The position numbers were made by a program, and so were the translations under genes. Shown piece after piece: positions 46,501 to 53,743 of a DNA stretch of 64,000 bases. Below the pieces are notes generated by a model. That model made no database searches, was not told the origin of the DNA, and saw nothing but the letters and a program-made list of their open reading frames with translations. Each line of letters begins with the position of its first letter. Position 1 is the stretch's first letter. Source of the stretch: an uncultured Pseudomonadota bacterium (lineage in GTDB: Bacteria > Pseudomonadota > Gammaproteobacteria > Xanthomonadales > Rhodanobacteraceae); assembly GCA_963711075.1 (NCBI GenBank), contig CAVQCW010000008.1:37136-101135 (forward strand), in the 5' to 3' direction.

Positions 46501-46566
46501 CATCCCTAGCGTGCGTCTGTCCACCCGCATTCTCCCGATTTCAGCACCGGGGATATTCTGCCGCAT
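43501..46566 (-). CDS. Secreted TPR-repeat / CHAT-domain (caspase-fold) protein
   Basis: Signal peptide (LGMCVILLALAAPAHA), long TPR-like helical repeats, and C-terminal CHAT catalytic dyad contexts ILHFATHGVY and WAVLSACETALG. The start may be ATG 46530. Confidence 0.85.
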   Translation of the reverse strand: MRQNIPGAEIGRMRVDRRTLGMCVILLALAAPAHARRSDMAHADVHASGVAGADTTGPLSIDALAQRIDAELADYRVDTDAVAVEALARRELALRVRHDGSGSLAYAHALSRLGFALAARNANDAAAAQFERAWKIVAELGQSAGAREHALANINLGFARRNQRTHFAEAIELIRKGLSRRDALAPLERARAQSWLVMPLLYSGKPGDAAQALDQAAASLAQAHVPNHPLQAELLRLRVPLLHEKGRFAEAMRFGERAVTVAAAAKPYSPAIHVATLHTRAQLEEANHNTVLARRFFERELAVEAKYPVLGGFSAAMANYELCNTLAPAGQVRDAEPHCQAAVAGLEALPSPPAFELASAYATLAYVLGDLGQVAGEDRAARRSLNYAERTGLHTPWVFGAETALGQVLRLQGRYAQAEAVYRKHLGRFPPHADFSSQNPAATLNGLAGALWGEGKLDEAFIVAERAERSAALVRTAAATDLDEHRAMTGIGGIPGGIERMLAIASITRDQAQLRAVWQAVLESNGLVSAIAARRLANARAARDPTLVPLWRDWQARNKVLALARVALARSPGEAEYAQFIAANGAFDASELKLAAASGEVGRRLALRQRSIGDVLAALSADTVLASFTENAADRPQGYAQSDRAQKLLRVLVGRRGCPVRLLTLGDADVVSQVAARWYRLASDPTADAARLSEASRTLRQLVWDPLAAATSGSRILIVPSASIERVNFAALERNDGQFLVESGPRFQFLNRERDLLLPPAHRPHSLLLAGAPDFVAGVGVATRGDCLGLRSAPFQPLPGARSELDELSRLAAGQHLDRVLLTGAAATEARVRTAVLDAGILHFATHGVYLGQHCGAADTARTSRGVITVDTAASGLAVPRAPLAALAFSGANRGSADSADDGLLTSDEIAGMDLSKVDWAVLSACETALGQTTAHEGVLGLQHAFHLAGVRSVIMSLWRVDDLATGQFMQSLYRARLQRHASTIDAMHTAMRDTLVARRHAGQSTRPFYWSGFIAAGDWR

Positions 46567-46765
46567 TTGTCTGGACTTTGTTGGAGCTACGCGAGCACGG
46601 CAGAGCCCGCGGCTCGATCCGCGCCGCCTATCCCGCCACCGGCTGAGGCGATATTTGATCGGTCGGTTGCGCCGCTACGCGGCTGACCTACCCTGACAAA
46701 ATTCAGCAACCGGCTTGCGGTATTTTTGCTTCGCTGATGGTGGCGTGTGCTTTACGCACGAACGA

Positions 46766-49240
46766 CTACGGAGCGCAGGCAAAGCCTAGGCTGCTGTCGA
46801 AATCGTGCGCGAAGATCGTGTCGTCGACGAAGCACCCGGACATTTCCGAAGTGTTGCCGTCCACATCTGTCGCCGTCGCGCCAATTCGGCAGTACTGATC
46901 CGGGCCGCTGCCCGGCCCGCGCCCGATGGTCAGAGTGAAGTTCGCCGTACCGCCACCGAACGGCGCGATCAGCGGTCGCGCATCGATGCTCAGCACCATA
47001 GCGGCCTGGGCGCGACCAGCGTTGCCGCACTGCGCCGCGCCGAATACCTCGATGCGCGTGCCGCTGCTGATGTAGATGCTGCCGCTGAGCAGTCGCGCTC
47101 CGGCGGTATGCCGAATTGCAGTCAACACCGGGAAATTCTGAAATCCGTTTGCGCCACTGTCGCTATCAGTCGCATCGTTCGCCGTCGGCCCGTCGGCGCC
47201 GAGGTCGATCGCCTGACCGTAGTTGGAATAAATCAGATTGCCACTGATGCGATTGCCGCTACCGGACTCGATTGAAACACCACCGGAGCCGTTGCCTGGC
47301 CCGCCGACGCCGTTCAGGCCGTTGCCGACGATGACGTTGCCGGCGATCAGTCCATGCGCATCGAGACCGATGAGATTACCGTTCGCAGTCGATATCGCGC
47401 GCACGCCGGCGCCATAGTTACTCGCTGAATCCACTCCCTGCACGGCCGGCAGGCCGATGATGTTCGCCGTCAGCACGTTAACTTGCGGATAGCCCATGAA
47501 TGTGGCGTTGCCCTGCAGTTGCACACCCTCGTTGCCGCTGGCCGCGATGAAATTGCCATCGAGCAGGTTGTAGGCCGAAGACACGATCACGCCGATCCCG
47601 TTACCGGCGGCATCGCTTCCGTTCGGGGCCAGGCCGATGTAATTGTTGCGCAGCTCGTGCCCACCATAGTTTCCGATCAACGACACACCGTACACGCTGG
47701 ACCCGTCGAAGACATTTCGCTGCTGCGGATCGATGCCGCCGACGTAGGAGTTCGCCGAATCCTGGCGCAGGCGCAAGCCGCGCGCGTTCGCCTCCAGGGT
47801 CAGGCTGCCGGACGCGCCAACCGCCAATATGCCACCGAACTGGTTGCCTTCGATGATATGACTGTCGCCGTCGCTGATGTCGATGCCGGCAATGCCGAAG
47901 TTGGCAAATGCCAGCCCGCGCACAGTGAGATGACTGTTCAAGTCGGTCGCAGTCAGGCCGGTGCTGTTCGCGTAGTTCCCGCGCAGGATCACGCACAAGC
48001 GCGCATCGCTGCCGATCGTCCTGGTATTGGCACTGGAACCGGGTTGGGTGTAGCCGTCGATTGTCAGTGTGTCGACAACTTCAGGCAATGCCGATGACAC
48101 GTTGACGATCTGCGGGCACGATGACAGGTTGAATACGATGCGTTGCGCATTCGCCGCCTGCGCCGCCGAGGTCAGCGCCTCGCGCAGACTTCCCGTGCCG
48201 CTGTCGGCATTCGTGGTCACTGTCAACGTGGCCGAATCGTCCACGGGGCTTTCATACGCGCCGCGATCCGGCGCTGTGCCGATCACGCGCGCATTGCCAC
48301 CGGCATCCGTCGCGCCAAGACCTCCGGGAACAGAAATCGTGCCGCTGTTGATCGCCGGCGAACCGGGCACAATGGGTATGTAGTTTGAATCGAGCTGCGG
48401 ATCGGCGTTGCTGTTGCCGGTCGAACCACTGGCCAACGCAACATTGTTGGCGTTGACCAGACTTTGCCAGTTGTTGTGCGTGGCCAGCACCTCCGGCGCG
48501 TGGTTGATGCGAATCCCGCCCGTCGCGTTGTTCCACAGCGCGTTGTTCGCCAGCACGATGTGCAGGCTCAGCCCCGATCCGGGCTCTTCCAGATTCAGCC
48601 CGTAGCCGTCAAGTATGTATTCGTTGCTGCTACCGACTGCTGCATTGACGAAGGTGTTGTTGATCACGTGCCAGACCTTGCTGGTGGCCTCGCTCGTGTC
48701 GCGGTTCAAGATCTCGACGTTCTTGCCGTCGAACACGTTGCTGTCCAGCAGCACCGATCCCGACGAACCCTCTACGCGCAGCGCGTCGTTACCCTGGCCG
48801 CCAGTGAACACGTCATGGCGCATCTGCGTATTCCCGGCGGCGATGTCGAAGATTGGCACCCGATGGAAACGGATGCCGTCGAGGGTCAACGTATGCCCTA
48901 CGTGAAATAACATGAATTGGGTGTTGCCGCCGTCGATCACTGTGTTGAACGGGTTCAGCGTGCGCTGCGTGCAGCCTGCGTTCCATCCGCCGTCAAGCTC
49001 CAGCGATTCCTCACTGAACAGGTTGACGATGCCGCTCAGCGCATACGTGCCAGCAACGAGGTGGATCTGATCGCCCTGACCGTCACCCTCCGCGGCGATC
49101 AGCGCTGCGCCAAGCTCGCCGCTGTCGTGAACACAGAAGACGCCGGCATGGGCGTTGTGGGCCGCAAGGCACAGTACCGCTGCCGCGAATGTGCGAATCG
49201 GCCCCGGCCGTCGGGATGATGTGCGATCACTCATTTCCAC
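46766..49240 (-). CDS. Secreted right-handed parallel beta-helix repeat protein (paralog A, 824 aa)
   Basis: Signal peptide and an N-terminal FCV...LGAAL..A...I.L.AGTYAL module. Many G-N-x-I/V-G beta-helix turns. C-terminal GANGFQNFPVL...TSEMS...IFAHDFD. AGGAGA RBS upstream. Confidence 0.8.
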   Translation of the reverse strand: MEMSDRTSSRRPGPIRTFAAAVLCLAAHNAHAGVFCVHDSGELGAALIAAEGDGQGDQIHLVAGTYALSGIVNLFSEESLELDGGWNAGCTQRTLNPFNTVIDGGNTQFMLFHVGHTLTLDGIRFHRVPIFDIAAGNTQMRHDVFTGGQGNDALRVEGSSGSVLLDSNVFDGKNVEILNRDTSEATSKVWHVINNTFVNAAVGSSNEYILDGYGLNLEEPGSGLSLHIVLANNALWNNATGGIRINHAPEVLATHNNWQSLVNANNVALASGSTGNSNADPQLDSNYIPIVPGSPAINSGTISVPGGLGATDAGGNARVIGTAPDRGAYESPVDDSATLTVTTNADSGTGSLREALTSAAQAANAQRIVFNLSSCPQIVNVSSALPEVVDTLTIDGYTQPGSSANTRTIGSDARLCVILRGNYANSTGLTATDLNSHLTVRGLAFANFGIAGIDISDGDSHIIEGNQFGGILAVGASGSLTLEANARGLRLRQDSANSYVGGIDPQQRNVFDGSSVYGVSLIGNYGGHELRNNYIGLAPNGSDAAGNGIGVIVSSAYNLLDGNFIAASGNEGVQLQGNATFMGYPQVNVLTANIIGLPAVQGVDSASNYGAGVRAISTANGNLIGLDAHGLIAGNVIVGNGLNGVGGPGNGSGGVSIESGSGNRISGNLIYSNYGQAIDLGADGPTANDATDSDSGANGFQNFPVLTAIRHTAGARLLSGSIYISSGTRIEVFGAAQCGNAGRAQAAMVLSIDARPLIAPFGGGTANFTLTIGRGPGSGPDQYCRIGATATDVDGNTSEMSGCFVDDTIFAHDFDSSLGFACAP

Positions 49241-49255
49241 TTCGTTCTCCTACAT

Positions 49256-49335
49256 TCTGTTGAAAAAGGGCTGTCCCGCCCTTTTTCAGTCGCTCCGCGC
49301 GGGCCGAGCCCGCGAACGTCGCTACGCGCATCAAT
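49256..49335. repeat. 80-nt intergenic repeat, copy 1 (contains two hairpins)
   Basis: 78/80 identical to 49412-49491. Both differences fall in hairpin loops. Confidence 0.9.
49262..49287. terminator. Bidirectional terminator-like hairpin gaaaaagggc-tgtccc-gccctttttc (inside repeat copy 1, only about 20 nt upstream of the paralog-A start)
   Basis: Perfect 10-bp stem, with an A-tract 5' and a T-tract 3' on both strands. Confidence 0.45.
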
Positions 49336-49411
49336 CACTTGCGTCATTGACCCGCGCGCGATCCGTCCATGGATCGCATTAGCAGGTTGTTTTTCAACAA
49401 TCTGCTAGAAG

Positions 49412-49491
49412 TCTGTTGAAAAAGGGCTGTCCTGCCCTTTTTCAGTCGCTCCGCGCGGGCCAAGCCCGCGAACGTCGCTACGCGCATCAAT
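49412..49491. repeat. 80-nt intergenic repeat, copy 2 (abuts the stop codon of the 49487-49885 gene)
   Basis: See copy 1. The offset is exactly 156 nt. Confidence 0.9.
49418..49443. terminator. Bidirectional terminator-like hairpin gaaaaagggc-tgtcct-gccctttttc, 44 nt downstream of the minus-strand gene ending at 49487
   Basis: Perfect 10-bp stem followed by a T-run on the minus strand. Confidence 0.55.
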
Positions 49492-49885
49492 GCGCATGCG
49501 TCGAAGTCGACTCCTTTTCGATGCGCCAGTGCCCGCCTTCCTTGAGCATGTGCACACTGGAAGTCGACGGATTGCCGGCGCTGTCCTTGCCGCTGACGCT
49601 CAAGGTGGCGTCGTTGCCGTGCGTGTCGACCTTTTCCACCTTGGTGTCGTGCAAGGCATTGCCGCGGATGAAGCCGAACATCATCTGGAATTGCGGGCTG
49701 TCGCGCTGGGCCTGCAATTCGGCTGCACGCGCCTTGGTCATGGTGGCCTCCATCGCGTCGATATCGCCCTTGCTCATGGCGACTTCGTAACTGCGATAGA
49801 CGGTTTCCTGTGGGCTGGCGGCGGCCTGTGCAACAGATGTGGCCAGTACGGTCACGAGGGCAACAAAATAGATGCAACGGTGCAT
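49487..49885 (-). CDS. Small secreted protein (DUF4878/SnoaL-like fold guess), paralogous to the C-terminal domain of the 50120-50974 lipoprotein
   Basis: Signal peptide VALVTVLATSVAQA. KGDIDAMEATMTK...ATLSVSG...MLKEGGHWRI parallels KGDIAAMAKSMTR...ATLTLRG...MRRENGAWRF in the neighbouring gene. Confidence 0.65.
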   Translation of the reverse strand: MHRCIYFVALVTVLATSVAQAAASPQETVYRSYEVAMSKGDIDAMEATMTKARAAELQAQRDSPQFQMMFGFIRGNALHDTKVEKVDTHGNDATLSVSGKDSAGNPSTSSVHMLKEGGHWRIEKESTSTHAH

Positions 49886-50119
49886 GATCGACTCCTCTGG
49901 GTGTTTGTCTTCCTATCGAATGCGCAACCAAGGGAAACCGAACGCAGCATTGCCCTTGATTGCCGGATCTGAATAGCGCCGAATCTCAGCAAGTAATAAA
50001 TGACGAAGTCACCCTGCCGCGTCATTCCCGCATGCTTTTGGCAGGTTGTTGAAAAACAATCCGCTTAGGGGTGCGCTGACAAAGAGCAGGACAGCGCTGT
50101 TTCAACAGACGTTTGGCGG

Positions 50120-50974
50120 TCAATCAGTGGTCTGGTCGACGAATCGCCATGCGCCGTTCTCGCGCCGCATGGTTGCATGCGCGCCAGTGCCGGCGCTGGC
50201 ATCGACGTGCGTGCCGCGCAAGGTCAACGTCGCGCGATCACCCTTGAACGAGCCGCTGACGAATTGCGGATTTTGCAGGGCGACGAATTGCATATAGTCC
50301 AGGGTTGTCTTGAAGTTGTCGCGTTTGCGATCGACCAATAATTGATCGCCATCCTTGCGCGTCATGCTTTTCGCCATCGCCGCGATGTCGCCCTTGGCCA
50401 AGGCCTGCGCATAATTCAGGTATGCCTTGAACGCCTCGCCACCATCCGCCGGCAATGGCGTTTCGGCTGGCGGCAGGGACAGAGCAAAATGCAGATCGAA
50501 ATATTCGCCTTCGGTCTTGCCTGCTGCGTTGTTGCTGCGAAGGCTGCCTTCGACGCGCTTGTCATCGTTGCGTTTTATCGTCAATGTGCAGCAGGCATCG
50601 CCGAATGCGACGTCGTGCAGCTCGTCTCCCAGGGTTTCGATACGCTGCAAGCTGGCATCCGGATTCAGATACATCACCACGGCAGTCGCTTGCTTGTCGT
50701 CCAGCTCGCGCCTGACCGCCATCGGCATATCAAATTGCTGCTTTTGATCCAGCGCCGCTGCATCAATGGGTTTATCGCTCAACACGATCACCGTCGATGC
50801 TTTCAATGCCTCGGCCGAGTTGGCACGTGCCGCTTGGTAGCGATACGCATAGGCGCCAACCAATGGATAAGGTTTGCCGCCCGCATACAGCATTCCGGAC
50901 CCGCCAGAAGCCTTTGCGGCGCATCCCGCCAGCAACAGCGCACCCAAGGTCAACCCGCACTTGAATGGGTTCAT
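50120..50974 (-). CDS. Lipoprotein, two domains of unknown function
   Basis: The lipobox LLLAGC follows MNPFKCGLTLGA. The start is set at 50974. Confidence 0.7.
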   Translation of the reverse strand: MNPFKCGLTLGALLLAGCAAKASGGSGMLYAGGKPYPLVGAYAYRYQAARANSAEALKASTVIVLSDKPIDAAALDQKQQFDMPMAVRRELDDKQATAVVMYLNPDASLQRIETLGDELHDVAFGDACCTLTIKRNDDKRVEGSLRSNNAAGKTEGEYFDLHFALSLPPAETPLPADGGEAFKAYLNYAQALAKGDIAAMAKSMTRKDGDQLLVDRKRDNFKTTLDYMQFVALQNPQFVSGSFKGDRATLTLRGTHVDASAGTGAHATMRRENGAWRFVDQTTD

Positions 50975-51055
50975 GATCGTCTCCGCATTGTGATTCTTGA
51001 TAGGCCTGATGAACGCACGAGCGCGCAAAATCGAACGCGGTCGTGCTATCAAGGG

Positions 51056-52078
51056 CTACTGGAAGCCGTTGGCAAACAGCACCTCGGATTCGTAGGCGCC
51101 GATATCGACGTGTTTGCCGATCAGGCGTTCGCCAAAGGCCAGGTCCTCGCTGCCGATGCCGCCATAGGGCGTATCCAGGCCGGCGTTGATCAGACGTGAT
51201 TTGAGTCCGGGATGCACGCTCAGCAAGCCGAACTGTGGATCCACGCTCAGTGCGTTGCTTTCGCTGGCCGGCGGAAATCCATCGCGCACGCCGATATCGT
51301 TGTTGGAGAAATTCGCGGCCCCGCTCTGGTCATACAGATCGTTGCCCTCGTTGTTCCACAGCAGATTGTTGCTGATGTAATACGTGCCACTACCGGCCAG
51401 ATCCAACGCGCCCAGTCCCACATGATTGGCGAGCTGATTGCCGACAATCGTGTTGTTGTTCAGATCGGCGATGCCGTCGTTGACCAGATAAAGCGTATTG
51501 GTGCCCTGATTGGCGTAAAACAAATTGTTCCGCATCAAGATCGTGCCGGGGGACGAAACAAAGATTGCTCCGCCGGAATTGGTGGCTGGCACGCTGTTCG
51601 CGACAAACGAGTTGTAGTCGATCGCGACGACAGCGCCGGCTGGTCCGGTGACGTTCAGCGCGCCGCCGGCGTATTGCGCGGGATTGCCGTGCGCGAACGT
51701 GAGCCCGAAAATGCTGACATTGCCGTTCGCGTCGATGTACAACGGTCGCACCGCGTTCTGTCCGTCGAGTACGCTGCTGCCCGAGGTTGCGCGCACATTG
51801 CAGCCTGGTGCCCAGCCGCCGTTAATCGCCAGAGCATAGGTTTCGGAGGTCGCGGCGAAATAGTCGAGTTCGCCGCCAAGATTGTAGGTGCCGACTTCGA
51901 GCTGGATGAAATCGTCTTCACCGTTGTTTTGTGCAACGAACAATGCAATAGCCAACTGCAACGGGGTACTCACGCAGGTGACCGCGGCAAATGCCGGCGC
52001 CCAACCCAACACACCAGCTATGAGCAGCAGCGGACTGAAAAATCTTGCGTTGAATGGGCTAATGCGGCGAGCGTTCAC
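51056..52078 (-). CDS. Secreted parallel beta-helix repeat protein (paralog D, 340 aa, GTG start)
   Basis: Signal peptide and a TCVSTPLQLAIAL..A....I.L.VGTYNL module. It ends ...VLFANGFQ-stop. GGAGA RBS 5 nt upstream. Confidence 0.8.
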   Translation of the reverse strand: MNARRISPFNARFFSPLLLIAGVLGWAPAFAAVTCVSTPLQLAIALFVAQNNGEDDFIQLEVGTYNLGGELDYFAATSETYALAINGGWAPGCNVRATSGSSVLDGQNAVRPLYIDANGNVSIFGLTFAHGNPAQYAGGALNVTGPAGAVVAIDYNSFVANSVPATNSGGAIFVSSPGTILMRNNLFYANQGTNTLYLVNDGIADLNNNTIVGNQLANHVGLGALDLAGSGTYYISNNLLWNNEGNDLYDQSGAANFSNNDIGVRDGFPPASESNALSVDPQFGLLSVHPGLKSRLINAGLDTPYGGIGSEDLAFGERLIGKHVDIGAYESEVLFANGFQ

Positions 52079-52390
52079 TTCCGTCTCCGGTGCCGAACCT
52101 GACCATATGAATGACCGATGACGGCAAAACCGAACGCCGCTTCAGCCGATTTGCGCTTCGGATCGCAGCAACATCGCCACCAATGTCACCACACATTTGT
52201 ATGCATCCATGATGCGTCTCCTCAGTCGCTGATTCGACCTTTGCGGACATGAATGCGCCAACGCGACAAAACGAACGCGATCTCGATTCACCGCAATTCG
52301 ACACAATCCGGCGCAACGACGCGTTGAATCGCCGCGTTCGCTTTTTTGCCATCGCGCATTCCTTGTGATCGGATCACAGGAGTATGCGAA

Positions 52391-53734
52391 ATGAGACCCA
52401 ACATCCCAGCTGTTCTGAGTCTGATTCTCGTCCTCGCCATCGCGCCGCGCGCTCGCGCCGACGTCTGGGTACCGCGAGCGCAGACATTTGGCGGTGTTCC
52501 GGGAGCGCACATGGGCACGAGCGTCGCGGCTGGTGTCGGTGTCGACCCGCAAGGTCACCTGATCATCAACCGGGTGTATGTCGGTCAACCGGATGCCGAC
52601 GGCCCGAGTGGGCAAATCGGTGCCGGCTCCGTGCAAATCTACAACCTGGGGCCAAACGGCTGGGTGTTTGCCGCCAATTTGTTCTCGAACCAGGTCCAGG
52701 CGGGCGCACACTTCGGCGCCAGTCTGGCCTACGGCTCCGGTCACCTTGTGGTCGGCGCGCCCGATTACAACGATGTCGGCGGGACAGGTGCCAACGCCGG
52801 ACGGGTCGAATTCTATTTCGACAATGGCGCGAGTCCACTGAACCTGTCGTACAAGGGGTCGCGTACCGGAGGCGGCGGCAATTTCGGCAGCGCGGTTGCC
52901 GTCAACGTGGATATGGCGGCGATCGGCGAGACGGGCGGCAGCGGCGATGGCTGCGTCTCGGCCTTTCATTACGATTTGGGCACGGGCACCTGGACCAATC
53001 TGCCGGCTGTCAACGACATCGTCTGCGGCAGCACCGGCGCAGCGCTGGGAACATCGGTGGCAATCCTGCGCACCAGCGCGACGAGTTTTTTGCTGGTCGC
53101 CGGTGCGACGGGCGAATCGCAGAATGCCAATTCGCTGGCGGGCGCCGCGCATGTGTACATACCGAACCCGAATACGACGACCGGAGGATTTGTCGAAGTC
53201 GGCACGCTCGCCGCCAACAACCCCGCAGCGTTCGATTTTTTCGGTACCAGCGTCGGCATCGACGCGAACTTCATCTATGTAGGCGCCACCGGTCGCGACA
53301 ACGGCGCAGGCCGCGTCGGCTCGGTGACGATTTTCAAACCGGCCTCGATTATCGGCTACAACTATCTGAGCGAATACTTCCCCAGCGCGCCGGCGACAAT
53401 TGGCGGACTTTGCGGAGCATCGCTGAGCGTCGACGCCGCCAACTCGCAATTCATCATGGGCTGCCCCAATAGCGCGAGTCCCTACTTCGCCCACGAAGGC
53501 ACGGCGCGTGTGTATCGGCAGATCGATTTCCTCGGCAACACGGTGTGGCTGGACAGTGTGCTCAGCTTCGGCACCCAGCCGCACAACGGCGATGACGCGC
53601 TGGGCAGCAGCGTGGCGATATTGGGCAATGAAGCCATCGTTGGCGCACCCGACTCCCACTATTCCGGGCAATCCGGCAACGGCGTCTGGAAGACGTTCGT
53701 GACGGACAAGATCTTCGCCAACGGCTTTCAGTGA
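52391..53734 (+). CDS. Secreted FG-GAP (integrin-alpha-like beta-propeller) repeat protein
   Basis: At least six repeats of FG.S(V/L)A....(L/I)VGAP.....G.G.V..F type, a signal peptide, and an AGGAG RBS. It ends ...KIFANGFQ-stop. Confidence 0.85.
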   Translation: MRPNIPAVLSLILVLAIAPRARADVWVPRAQTFGGVPGAHMGTSVAAGVGVDPQGHLIINRVYVGQPDADGPSGQIGAGSVQIYNLGPNGWVFAANLFSNQVQAGAHFGASLAYGSGHLVVGAPDYNDVGGTGANAGRVEFYFDNGASPLNLSYKGSRTGGGGNFGSAVAVNVDMAAIGETGGSGDGCVSAFHYDLGTGTWTNLPAVNDIVCGSTGAALGTSVAILRTSATSFLLVAGATGESQNANSLAGAAHVYIPNPNTTTGGFVEVGTLAANNPAAFDFFGTSVGIDANFIYVGATGRDNGAGRVGSVTIFKPASIIGYNYLSEYFPSAPATIGGLCGASLSVDAANSQFIMGCPNSASPYFAHEGTARVYRQIDFLGNTVWLDSVLSFGTQPHNGDDALGSSVAILGNEAIVGAPDSHYSGQSGNGVWKTFVTDKIFANGFQ

Positions 53735-53743
53735 GGTGCGACG

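Noticed and set aside
49256-49491. A possible CRISPR array or IS terminal repeats, because two 80-nt identical units are present.
   Set aside because: There are only two copies, in direct orientation, separated by 76 nt of non-repetitive DNA. They are internally palindromic and abut gene ends. No cas or transposase genes are present. They are better explained as duplicated terminator/REP-like elements.
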